From: the human T2T-CHM13v2.0 reference genome, Homo sapiens
Assembly (NCBI RefSeq): GCF_009914755.1
Contig: NC_060930.1
Reading direction: 5' to 3' (one strand)
Length of the DNA: 64,000 nucleotides
Position 1 is the first letter of the stretch; each line of letters opens with the position of its first letter. Under the pieces are notes generated by a model, which was not told where the DNA came from, made no database searches, and saw nothing but the letters and a program-made list of their open reading frames with translations. Shown here in pieces: positions 30,098 through 43,915 of this stretch. Position numbers and translations under genes: made by a program.

Positions 30098-31850
30098 TTG
30101 GCAACCGACCATGCACCCCTTACCATCTCATTAAAACCTAATCACCCTTACCCCACCCAACTCCAATATCCCATCCCGCAGCACGCTTTAAAAAGATTAA
30201 AGCCTGTTATCACTCGCCTGCTACAGCATGGCCTTTTAAAGCCTATAAACTCTCCTTACAATTCCCCCATTTTACCTGTCCTAAAACCAGACAAGCCTTA
30301 CAAGTTAGTTCAGGATCTGCACCTTATCAACCAAATTGTTTTGCCTATCCACCCCGTGGTGCCAAACCCATATACTCTCCTATCTTCCATACCTGCCTCT
30401 ACAACCCATTATTCTGTTCTAGATCTCAAACATGCTTTTTTCACTATTCCCCTGCATCCCTAATCCCAGCCTCTCTTCGCTTTCACTTGGACTGACCCTG
30501 ACACCCATCAAGCTCAGCAAATTACCTAGGCTGTACTGCCGCAAAGCTTCACAGACAGCCCCCATTACTTCAATCAAGCCCAAATTTCTTCCTCATCTGT
30601 TACCTATCTCAGCATAATGCTCATAAAACACACGTGCTCTCCCTGCCAATCGTGTCTGACTGAGCTCTCAAACCCAAGCACCTTCTACAAAACAACTCCT
30701 TTCCTTCCTAGGCGTGGTTAGCGCGGTCAGAATTCTTACACAAGAGCCAGGACCACACCCTGTAGCCTTTCTGTGCAAACAACTTGACCTTACTGTTTTA
30801 GCCTAGCCCTCATGTCTGCGTGCAGTGGCTGCTGCTGCTTTAATACTTTTAGAGGCCCTCAAAATCACAAACTATGCTTAACTCACTCTCTACAGTTCTC
30901 ATAACTTCCAAAATCTATTTTCTTCCTCATACCTGACACATATACTTTCTGCTCCCTGGCTCCTTCAGCTGTACACACTCTTTGTTGAGTCTCCCACAAT
31001 TACTGTTGTCCCTGGCCCAGACTTCAATCCGGCCTCCCACATTATTCCTGAAACCACACCTGACCCCCATGACTGTATCTCTCTGATCCACCTGACATTC
31101 ACCCCATTTCCCCACATTTCCTTCTTTCCTGTTCCTCACCCTGATCACGCTTGATTTATTGATGGCGGTTCCACCAGGCCTAATCGCCACACACCAGCAA
31201 AGGCAGGTTATACTATAGTACAAGCCAGCCCGCCTCTTAGAACCTCTCATTTCCTTCCCATCATGCAAATCTATCCTCAAGGAAATAACTTCTCAGTGTT
31301 CCATCTGCTATTCTAATACTCCTCAGGGATTATTCAGGCCCCCTCCCTTCCCTACACATCAAGCTTGAGGATTTGCCCCACCCAGGACTGGCAAATTAGC
31401 TTTACTCAACATGCCCTGAGTCAGATAACTAAAATACCTCTTAGTCTAGGTAGATACTTTCACTGGATAGGTAGAGGCTTTTCCTACAGGGTCTGAGAAG
31501 GCCACTGCAGTCATTTCGTCCCTTCTGTCAGACATAATTCCTCAGTTTGGCCTTCCCACCTCAATACAGTCTGATAACAGACAAGCCTTTATTAGTCAAA
31601 TCAGCCAAGCAGTTTTTCAGGCTCTTAGTATTCAGTGAAACCTTTATATCCCTTACGGTCCTCCATCTTCAAGAAAAGTAGAATGGACTAAAGGTCTTTT
31701 AAAAACACACCTCACCAAGCTCAGCCACCAAAAAGGATTGGACAATAGTTTTACCACTTTCCCTTCTCAGAATTCAGGCCTGTCCTCGGAATGCTACAGG
31801 GTACAGCCCATTTAAGCTCCTATATAGACGCTCCTTTTTATTAGGCCCCA
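30098..31850 (+). pseudogene. pol: HERV-H pol remnants (RT, RNase H, integrase) with deletions and stops
   Basis: SPYNSPILPVLKPDKPYKLVQDL and YSVLDLKHAFFTIPL; integrase-like sequence at 31.4-31.8 kb. Confidence 0.8.
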
Positions 31851-32467
31851 GTCTCATTCCAGACACCAGACCAACTTAGACTGTGCCCCAAAAAACTTGT
31901 CTTCCCTGCTATCTTCTGTCTAGTCATACTCCTATTCACCGTTCTCAACTACTCATACATGCCCTACTCTTGTTTACACTGCCAGTTTACACTGTTTTTC
32001 CAAGCCATCACAGCTGATATCTCCTGGTGCTATCCCCAAACTGCCACTCTTAACTCTTGAAATAAATAAATAATCTTTGCTGGCAGGACTATGCCGAATC
32101 TCCTTAAGCACTCTCTAATCAGATATCCTGAGTCGTCCCAATTCTTAGACCTTTTATACCTGTTTTTCTCCTTCTGTTATTCCATTTAGTTTCTCAATTC
32201 ATCCAAAACCGTATCCAGGCCATCACCAATCATTCTATAAGACAAATGTTTCTTCTAACATCCCCACAATATCACCCCTTACCACAAGACCTCCCTTCAG
32301 CTTAATCTCTCCCACTCTAGGTTCCCACGCCGCCCCTAATCCCGCTTGAAGCAGCCCTGAGAAACATCGCCCATTCTCTCTCCATACCACCCCCCAAAAA
32401 TTTTCGCCGCCCCAACACTTCAACACTATTTTGTTTTATTTTTCTTATTAATATAAGAAGGCAGGAA

Positions 32468-32919
32468 TGTCAGGCCTCTGAGCCCAAGCCAAGCCATCGC
32501 ATCCCCTGTGACTTGCAGGTATATGCCCAGATGGCCTGAAGTAACTGAAGAATCACAAAAGAAGTGAATATGCCCTGCCTCACCTTAACTGATGACATTC
32601 CACCACAAAAGAAGTGTAAATGGCTGGTCCTTGCCTTAACTGATGACATTACCTTGTGAAAGTCCTTTTCCTGGCTCATCCTGTCTCAAAAACACCCCCA
32701 CTGAGTACCTTGCGACCCCCACTCCTGCCCGCCAGAGAACAAACCCCCTTTGACTGTAATTTTCCTTTACCTGCCCAAATCCTATAAAACGGCCCCACCC
32801 TTATCTCCCTTCTCTGACTTTCTTTTCGGACTCAGCCCGCCTGCACCCAGGTGAAATAAACAGCCATGTTGCTCACACAAAGCCTGTTTGGTGTTCTCTT
32901 CACACGGACACGCATGAAA
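32468..32919 (+). promoter_or_regulatory. 3' LTR7
   Basis: Preceded by the polypurine tract aagaaggcaggaa; AATAAA at 32855-32860; about 21 differences from the 5' LTR by eye. Confidence 0.95.
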
Positions 32920-32981
32920 ATGACAAAAACAAGCAATGAGGAAAGGATTCCCTATTTAATAAATGGTGTTGGGAATACTGA

Positions 32982-33149
<168 letters not shown>

Positions 33150-34586
33150 TAAAACACCGAAAGCAATGGCAACGAAAGCCAAAATTCACAAATCGGATCT
33201 GATTAAACTAAAGAGCTTCTGTACAGCAAAAGAAACTGTTGTCAGAGTGAACAGGAAACCTACAGAATGGGAAAAAAATTTTGCAATCTATCCATCTGAT
33301 AAGGGGCTAATATCCAGAATCCACAAAGAATTTAAACAAATTTACAAGAAAAAAACAAAAAAAACCCATCAAAAAGTGAGTGAAGGTTATAAACAGACAC
33401 TTCTCAAAAGAAGAATCCATGCAGCCAACAAACATATGAAAAAAAGCTCATCATCACTGGTCATTAGAGAAATGCAAATGAAAACCACAATGAGATACCA
33501 TCTCATGCCAGTTAGAATGGCAGTCATTAAAAGGTCAGGAAACAACAGATGCTGGAGAGCATGTGGAGAAATAGGAATGATTTTACACTGTTGCTGGGAA
33601 TGTAAATTAGTTCAACCACTGTGGAAGACAGTGTGGTGATTCCTAAGGATCTAGAATTAGAAATACCATTTGACCCAGCAATCCCATTACTGGATATATA
33701 CCGAAAGGATTATAAATCATTCTGCTATAAAGACACATGCACATGTATGTTTATTGCAGCACTGTTCACAATAGCAAAGACTTGGAACCAACCCAAATGC
33801 CCATCAGTGATAGACTGGATAAAGCAAATGTGGCATATATACACCATGGAATACTATGTAGCCATAAAAAAGGATGAGTTCATGTCCTTTGCAGGAACAT
33901 TGATAAGGCTGTAAACCATCATTCTCAGCAAATTAACACAAGAACAGAAAACCAAACACCACATGTTCTCACTCATAAGTGGGAATTGATCAATGAGAAG
34001 GGAACATCACACCGGGGCCTGTCAGGGGGTGGGGGGCTAGGGGAGGGATAGCATTAGGAAAAATACCTAATGTAGATGACGGGTTAATGGGTGCAGCAAA
34101 CCACCATGTCACGTGTATACCTATGTAACAAACCTGCACATTCTGCCCATGTACCCCAGAACTTGAAGTAAAATAAAATAAAAATCCTAACTTGCTAAAA
34201 AAGAAAAAAGAAAAAAATTATGCAAACATTAATCAAAAGAAGTCTGTAGTAGCTATATCAGCAGTAGACAAATTAAATTTTAGAACAAAGAAAATCATCA
34301 GGAATACAGACAGAGATTACGTAATGACAGAGGTAAATTCATCAAGAAGACATAATACTAAATGTTTGTATAGAGAAGTTCAAGAGATATAAAGCAAAAC
34401 TGATGAAGCTGAAATTAAATGTGGGTAATCCACAATTATAAATGAAGATTTCACCATTTCTTTCTTCATAGTCAATCAAGTTAACAAAAAATAAACAAGA
34501 TTATAGAAGAACTAAACATCAACCTAATTAACCTAATTGTTTTATACATAGACCTATTCCAAATAAGTGAAAGAAAAAACACTTTC

Positions 34587-34781
34587 TTTATGTTATTTTT
34601 TTAAATTTAGCTTTTAAGTTCAGGGGTACATGTGCCAGTTTGTTATATAGGTAAACTTATGTCATAGGGGTTTGTTGTACATATTATTTCATCACCCAAG
34701 TATTAAGCCTAGTACCCATTAGTTGTTTTTTCTAATCCTCTCCCTCTTCTTACCCTCCACCCTTTGATAGGCCCCAGTGTG
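34587..34781 (-). mobile_element. Short L1PA13-16-like 3' end
   Basis: T-tail then ttaagttcaggggtacatgtg; 11-bp TSD aaaacactttc at 34576-34586 and 34782-34792. Confidence 0.8.
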
Positions 34782-37700
34782 AAAACACTTTCAATTGTAC
34801 ATAAAATATTCACCAAGATTGATCATAGCATAAGCTATAAGACAAGCCTTAATATAAATTTAAAAGTATTAAAATCATACAAACTATGGTTTGGGACTAA
34901 TGAGTTAAACTAGAATTTAATAACAGAAATGTATTTGGAAGCTACACACATATTGGAAATTACATACATCTAATATGTATGTAATTCATGTAATTAGATG
35001 TATGTAAAATCACATACATCTAAATAACCCATAAGACCCAGGAAGTTAGAAAATATTTTTCCCAAATAAAACTAAAGACACAATAACCAAATCTAGTAGG
35101 AATCAAAATTTGTAGACTGTCATGTTTTAAGGGAAACTTGTAGCATGGTTACAGAAACACTTATAGAAAGGAACACTTATTTTAAAACACTTATCATAGA
35201 AAGGAATAAAAGGTTCTTAAATTATAAATCCAGGCCTCCACATAATGAAACTAGAGAAAAGAAAGCAATTGAACCCAAAGGAAGAAAAAGTTAGAAAGTA
35301 ATAAGTATAAGAGCAGATAATAGTTAAGTTGACTGCAGAAAAACAATAGGAAAAAAAATCAATGAATCCTAAAGATTGTTCTTGATAATGTTCTTCGATG
35401 AACTCCCAGCCAGAATGACCAAGAAAAAAAGAGAGAAGATACAAATTACCTATATTAGGAATGAAAAGGGATTATTACTACAGATCCTTCACACATGAAA
35501 ACAATAATAAGATAGTTCTATAAACAACTCTATTGCTACAAATTTTGACAACCTAGATGAATAAGTTTCAAGAAAGACACAGACTATCAAGACATACTCA
35601 AAAAAAGGATAACCTTACCTGAATAGTCCTGTGTCAATTATAGGAATTCAATTTATAGGTAAAATCCCCCTAATGAAGACTCAAGTTCCATATTAACAAA
35701 TTGAATGTGAGTAATATACAAAAAAGGATAATACGTAATGACTAAATAAGAATTATCCTATAAATGCAAAAAAATGTAGCTCACCACATAATTATATAAA
35801 TAGATTTAGAAAAAGCTTTTAACAAAACCCAGCATCCATCTCTGATTTAAACAAACAAACACCTCTCCACCTAGTATGAATAGAAAGGAACTTCCTTAAC
35901 TTGATAAATAACTACTATGAATAAACCTCATGTGAACATGATACTCAGTGGTAAAATACAGAATGTTTTCCATCTAAGATAAAAAAAAGACTAGTGAGTC
36001 TGTTTTGCACGCTTCTATTCAACACTGCATTGCATGTCCTAGCCAGTGCAATCAGGCAAGAAAAACAAAAGACATGTCTATTAAGAAAACATGATTGTCT
36101 CTGTAAAAAAAAATAAATAAATAAAAAATAAATAAATCTACAAAAATTTCCCAGAACGAATAACCAAGTTTAGCCAGAAAACAAAAGGTCAAAATACAAG
36201 ATTTAAATCTATTTGTAATTTGTGTAAATTAACAATTGAAATTCAAAATTTCAGAAGGCAGTAGCATTTAAAATAACGTTCAAGAAATAAAATACTTAAC
36301 TATATATCTAGAAATATATGTGTAGAATCTGTATTTTTCTGATTCTAATCTGAACATGTGACCTGTAACAGAATAAAAAGACAAGCTAGACTTGGAGAAA
36401 ATATTTGCAAATCATATATCTGACAAACAACTTGTATCCAAAATATATTATGAACTCTGAAACTCAAAATTAGAAAGCAAACAAAAATGGACAAAATATT
36501 TGAAGAGATACATTATCAAAAAACGTATACTGATCTAAATAAGGATATGGAAAGTTGCTCAATATTATTATGAGAATGCAAATTAAGACCACAATGTGGT
36601 AACACTGTGCACCAAAAATGGCTTTAACAAAACATGACAACACCAAATGTCAGCCAAGGTGTGGAGAAACAGAAACTCTCATACCTTTCTTATGGGAATG
36701 TAAATTTTACAACCACATAAAAAAAAAATTGTCATTTTCTTAAAATGTTAAGTATAAGCTTGCCATGAAACCCAATAATTAATCTCCTAAGAATCTACCC
36801 CAAAGAAATAAAAACATATGTTCATGCAAAAACTTGTTAATGAATATTTGCAGCAGTATTATTTATAGTAGACAAAAACTAGAAATAAGCACTATGTCCA
36901 TCAACTGGTAAATAAACAAAATGTTCTGTATTCGTATAATAGAATATTATTCAGCAATAAAAATAAACAAAATTCTGATATATCTTACAGCATGGTTCAT
37001 CTGCAAAAAAAACATGCTAAGTAAAAGAAGCCAGATGCAAAGACCCTATATTGTATAATTTTATTTATATGAAATGCTCAGAAGAGATTGATTTATGGAA
37101 ACAGAAGACAAATCAGTGGTTGTCTGGAGCTGCAGGGTGCTACAAGAAATTGATGCAAATGAGATTGAGAAAATTTTTTGAGGAGATATAAAGTACTAAA
37201 ACTGGATTGTGGTGATGATTGCATAACTCTATAATAATTATTGTCTGCTGTTTCTGTCAGTGTAAATCTATCAGTAGCCCTTCACCCTGATATTGGGCTT
37301 TCAGTATACTAACAATAGTTATATTAAGTGTATGATTCCATTTACATGACACTGTGGAAAAAGCAGAACTCTAGGGACAAAAACATCAATTTTTGCTCAG
37401 GGGCTAGGAGTAAAGGGAGTATTTGACTACAAAAGAGTAGAATGAGAGAATTTTGGAAGTTATGGAAATATTTTATATCTTCAACGCAGTAGTTACACAG
37501 CCTTTTGCATTGGTCACATTTCATATAACTATAAACTGAATAATCCACTTTACATGTTAATTTAAAGTACATTTAAAAAATCATTTTAAAAGTTGAGTTC
37601 ATTTTCCCTGCCAAACTTACTCCTCCTCTGGTGTTATCTGTTTTAGTTAATGGCAATAACAATCACCAGTTGCCCAAAGCAAACTTGAGCATCATTCTTA

Positions 37701-38173
37701 ACATCTCCTATTTTACCCACTATGTCTAAGCAAATCCTAAGCATTTCTGGAATCATTTTAAATTATCTTCATCCTCGTTATTATGTTTCTGTTCCTAGCA
37801 AACATATTTTTTATGAGAATTACTTGAAAGCCTATTAGCTGCAATACCATTTTTTCAGGTTATGGAATATTCAGATGAAACAGTGACTGAATTAGAGAAA
37901 TAATTAAGATCATCCAGAGATGAATACTATGAGTACCATACAGAAGGGGAAATAATGACTCTGGAGACTTTATATTTCCACTTTTTTTTGTGAAAGGATT
38001 CGATTTGAGTATGATTTCATTTTGTAAAGTGAAAACATAGGGCTGGAATCATTGTATGAAAATCCAAATACGTGTAAAAGGATAGGATGGTGCTGAATAG
38101 CCACAAGAGTGGGCTGTGCCAGTTAAGATGCCATTGTCTCTCAGATCCTGATAGGCCCTTCTAAGTTCTACTT

Positions 38174-38493
<320 letters not shown>

Positions 38494-39042
38494 TAAGTTC
38501 TACTTTCTAACGATGAAGGTAGGATTCCAAAAACTGTATTTCTGTATTGTCAGCTGTCTTCCTATTAGATTCTGCTAATAGGGGTATAGCAGGAAGACAG
38601 GAGGAAACTAGGAAGAACTTGCTCTTTGCTGTTTATCTGCTGCTCCTGACATTGTCACTGTTGACAGCTCTTTACCCTGACATTGGCTGGTACTTCCATT
38701 TGTCCCTCCAGAATCAGCTTCTTTGTGACCTCCTCAGAGGTATAGACACAATAAGGGCTGTGCTGCTTTCCCCAAAGTCTGAGTCATAGCTTTGCAAGAC
38801 CTCTTCTCAAAGCTCCAAGGTATCAGTACCAACTGGGTGGCATCCACTCCTTAGAAACCTCAGGTAAAAAGACTTTGATGCTCTTTTTCAATCCTCTACA
38901 TATTGATAACTTCAAAATATGATTTCCCAGCCCAAGGCCTGGTAGCTACATACCGAAGTTACCGGGGGTCTGTGTTATCTTGATCTTCTCTTTTTGGCTT
39001 TTTCAATCTTTCAACCCCTATTTAACCCAGCCCTTAAAATTA

Positions 39043-39282
39043 CAGTTGTCCCTCAGTCTACACAGGGGATTGGTTCCAAGACCCCTGCACATACCAAAAC
39101 CTGCACTACTGAAATCCCACAGTTGGCCCTGCCAAACTCACATATGTTAAAAGTCAGTCCTCCATATACATAGGTTTCACATCAAGAAAATAATGTATTT
39201 TTGATTGGCATTTGGTTGAAAAAAATCTGCATATTTATGGCAGCACTCAGTTCAATCCCACACATTGTTCAAGGGTCAACTG
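39043..39282. mobile_element. MER8-like Tigger MITE
   Basis: TA|cagttgtccct ... agggtcaactg|TA terminal inverted repeats with TA TSD; about 240 bp. Confidence 0.85.
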
Positions 39283-39394
39283 TATATTCTCTGGTTGTAA
39301 TATCTAGAACAAATTTTGATTTTGTGATGGGTCCTGATGGATACCACTATTTTCATTACTTCAAAACTTCCATACTGCAGCTACAGTAATCTTT

Positions 39395-39704
39395 CTTTCG
39401 TGTTTTTTTTTTGTTTTTTTGTTTTTTTGAGACAGAGTCTCGCTCTGTCGCCCAGGCTGGAGTGCAGTGGCACTACAATCTCCGCCTCCCGGGTTCACGC
39501 CATTCTCCTGCCTCAGCCTCCAGAGTAGCTGGGACTACAGGCGCCTGCCACCACGCCCGGCTAATTTTTCGTATGTTTTTTTTTTTAGTAGAGACAAGGT
39601 TTCACCGTGTTGGCCAGGATGGTCCCCATCTCCTGACCTTGTGATCCGCCCGCCTCGGCCTCCGAGAGTGCTGGGATTACAGGCCTGAGCCGCCGCCCCT
39701 GGCC
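39395..39704 (-). mobile_element. AluY/Sc SINE with small internal deletion
   Basis: 17-bp TSD cagctacagtaatcttt at 39378-39394 and 39705-39721. Confidence 0.92.
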
Positions 39705-40031
39705 CAGCTACAGTAATCTTTCTAAAACACGAATCTTAACACTTCCTTTATTTCTCAAATTCAGTGGCTTCTCATAATTTTCAAGAAAAATTCTAAACTT
39801 ATCCTATCATGATGACTTAGCCCTAACTATATCTCTGACATAATCTACCATTACTTTCCCTCCCTTTCAATATACAATAAATTTGACCATAAGGAAGTGA
39901 GATACTCTTAGTTCCTCTAATATTTAGAACTTCCTCTCATTTCTGGACCTTCACACATCTTTTGAGTGAGACACTCATTCCTACTACCTTACTTTGGGTA
40001 ATTCTTATTTACATGTGAGGTATAAGTTTAA

Positions 40032-40437
<406 letters not shown>

Positions 40438-43400
40438 AAACATAATTTTTTTAAGACACCTTCTGTTTGTCATGAAATGTTGCATGTGCCATTGTATTCT
40501 GCTTTTATTACATTTCTATTTCCCTTTCCATGCTTCCTCTCAATTGCTTATGTAATCTAATGTTACTGGGCCTTTGTAGAACATTTATTTCCAATTGAGA
40601 GGCCAATCTCAGCATATTGTAAAATCACAAACAATAAGAACAATAAAACATAACAACAAAAATTTAATACCAGTCACCATCATTCCAATTACCAGTCGCA
40701 TCAAAGCTCCCTCTTTAGAAACCGGGATACATGAGTTTTAACTCACTTATAATATTTTCTTATTTCTTTTTACGTTAGTTAAATGACTTGTTCTCTCTGT
40801 CATACTCAAAGCTTCAAGAAAGAGAGGACAATGTCTATGCTACTTTTTCACCTGGCCCAATTCTTGATGCCCATTATCAGTCATTAGCACTTACTTCCTC
40901 ATCAATGGCCTGGGTCACTCAGGTTCTTGAGTAAATTAGAAGAACCAACAGAAATCCAACTCACAGAATCTCTGGAAAGATTATCTTTCCCTCCCTGAGC
41001 ACCAAGGAAACTGTTTAATAAAGTGGCCCATCTAGCTCTAAATAGTCACATCATATCTTTGTCTGCAAAACAACTTTCTCCTTGCAAATGCCTAATGTCT
41101 TATAAATTTCATTCAGCATTTTAGTGCTTGTGTCTCATCTCCTTGTTCACAATTAATAATCTATTTCCAGAAGGCAAAACATTCCTTACTTGCCCTTTCT
41201 ATGTATACCCATACTCAGCAGGAATATAACTGGCCCCTAGCAAAGGTGAGTCCAGCGGAGAACAAAGTACATTCAAGAAAGGCACTGTGTGAGCAAACAT
41301 CTCACTTCAGAGAAATCCAGGCTTTGCACTTGAAGGTATATGGGAGGACATAGTGGGTTCAAATTACCCCACTTCATCAGGCAGGGGGCCCAGGTGGTTT
41401 AGTTAATGATAGCTTCATACCAGGTGAGGCCCCCATCAGTATATTCTGGGAAAATGTTGATAACTTATGAAGGAAAAAACAAATAAGTAAAAAGGAGATT
41501 TTCCTTTTAAATATCTTAAAGGCATTCAATGACTGAAGTCCAAGAAACATATACAATGTGCCAATAACAGAACTGGAATCAGTAAGAAAGAAAAATGAAG
41601 TATCCAATATGACAAAACAATGCTGCATCATTTTAATGATAGTACATAAATCAATGTTTTTCTCAGAATTAATATATTTATTTAATTCATGCATCATAAA
41701 ATTTTAAATAAACTTTGAATGTTACTAAGGAGATATGTAAATGCTTCACCACCCTTGTCCCTCACCTCCATATAATTATAAACATAAGTTTATTATTTTA
41801 AATAATAGGGGTTTTAAAAATATCTTTGAAATAACAGGGGTTAATATCCAATGCAATTTCTGAATGTGTTGCAGTAATATCAGTTAAAACAAGCATCTGA
41901 TTAATGTGGCTTGGGAACCTCAGACAATTTATTGAGCTGCTTGCTGTTTAAAATCTATGATACTTTCCCTCTTCTGTGCAGATATTGATTTGATAGATGA
42001 AGTGAGGGTAATTTTTCTTTTAGAGTGGTGATGTTAATGGTCATTGAATTTTCACTGACAACAGCAGTGAACTATGTTTATTAGGGAACTCGAACAGTTG
42101 TTTATTTTCCTTCTTTCTTTTGTTTGTTTCTCCCTTTTTCTTCTCCTTATGACTTCAGCCTTTCACAGATGATGGAAAACCTTTAGAAAGGTAAGCCTGG
42201 ATTTCAGCTTGTCTTTTTGAAGGCAAGATTAATTATAAAGAGGAAAGAAAGATAAGGGACTTTTGTCTGGTTCTATCATCTTACAATCTTGGTCAATATA
42301 TGCCTTCGTGATCAGTTCTCTATTGTTTGAAATTGTTTCCCTATTGAAATCATTTCTCTATTTTGCACCAGGTGCATTCTAGAGTCCATAATGACATCAC
42401 AACATCATATTACATGAGTTAAGCTATCGGTGTCATCTGGGAACGGGTATCTCTCAAGGCAAGGTAAGCAAGATAAAGATTCACACACCCCAGGATCTCA
42501 TCATCCATCATGACACATACCAGAACATCTACTAAATAAGGTTAAAATTCCATTTTAGTGAAGAGGCCATTTTTCCCATGAGTTTCCCATCGTATAGGGA
42601 AAAGTATAGGAAATTTTTTTTGTCATTTGAAGAATAAACAAGCTGCCAGAAAGCCTGGAAGTGTGGTGTCAGCTGTTTACAAGAGACTAATGGAAATGCC
42701 AGTTGCTCACCTCTTACAGATGTTGTTGGGGTCTATAGAATGTTGTGGTCATCCCTGCTAGAAGGAGACAGTTTTATTTTTTTGAGAAGCTGAGCTTGGG
42801 TACGTTCCCTGCCACTGAGGGAAGGAGCAGGTCCCAACTAGCATGTCATCTAGTCAACCTAGAATGGGCTCCTAGAGTCATTTTCAGGCAATTTCATTCA
42901 CTGTTTCAACATTTTTATGAGAAAATAAAATGAAAATTATGTATATAAAATCACAATTACATAGACATGATATAGTTAAGTTTATATATATAATTGCAAT
43001 ATATATATACAGGCACTTTAGTGAAAATTTACTATATACATTATAAATATATGTATATAACTCATATATACATATGTATATCATGAGCATATGTGTAACC
43101 TAATTTTGCATGTGTGCATATGCACATAATATACCAATAGACAGTTTACTGAAAACAAATTTTATCTGGGTATTTCACTGAAGACTATCTGAGTAGACAT
43201 GATGTAAATGGAAATCAAACATGAGCCAGCTTGAATACTGAATCTGCCTTTAAAGATATGACCTGGGCAACTTATTTTTTTCTGAGCTTCAATTAATGAT
43301 AAAGTAATGATCATCATAGCTTTTTTGTAAAGTTGTTTGAAGCCTCAAGACGGTAATTGTAAAGCACTTAGTATAATTCCATGTAGTACACACTGACATT

Positions 43401-43659
43401 CCCAGGTTATTATTGAAATAGATATTTCATGAGGTTTTAAATGTAATATAGAATTTCACTCAGACATTTATTAAAGAAGCATTTAATATAATCTATAGTA
43501 TTGCATGTTACTTGGAAATACAAAGATAATAAAGCCACAGCCCTAGCTTCATTGGGCTTATACTCTAGGAATGGTACCATGGCAGAGAAGGACATAATTC
43601 TTTTAACAGGTGAATAGTATGATATGAGATAATGATTTAAATATACTTCTCTCAGGGGT

Positions 43660-43915
43660 TTTATTTTTAAAATTTACTTACGTATATTATTAGTTTAATT
43701 GATACATATTTATGGGGCATAGTGTAATATTTTGTTACATATGTACAACGTAATGATCAAATCAGAGTAATTAGCAAATCTATCACCTCAAACATTTATC
43801 ATTTTTTTGTGTTGGTAACACTCAAAATCCCCTCTTCTAGCTATTTGAATATACAATAAACTGTTGTTAACTGTAGTCACCCTACAATGTTATAAAACAC
43901 TAGAACTTATTCCCA
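43660..43915 (-). mobile_element. L1MA 3' end
   Basis: acatatttatggggcatagtgt...atgatcaaatcagagtaattagc...ctagaacttattcc. Confidence 0.75.

Larger units (their letters stand above)
27091..32919 (+). mobile_element. HERV-H provirus (about 5.8 kb, common deleted form)
   Basis: Two LTR7s, His-tRNA PBS, gag/pro/pol remnants, polypurine tract; perfect 5-bp TSD atgac at 27086-27090 and 32920-32924. Confidence 0.97.
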
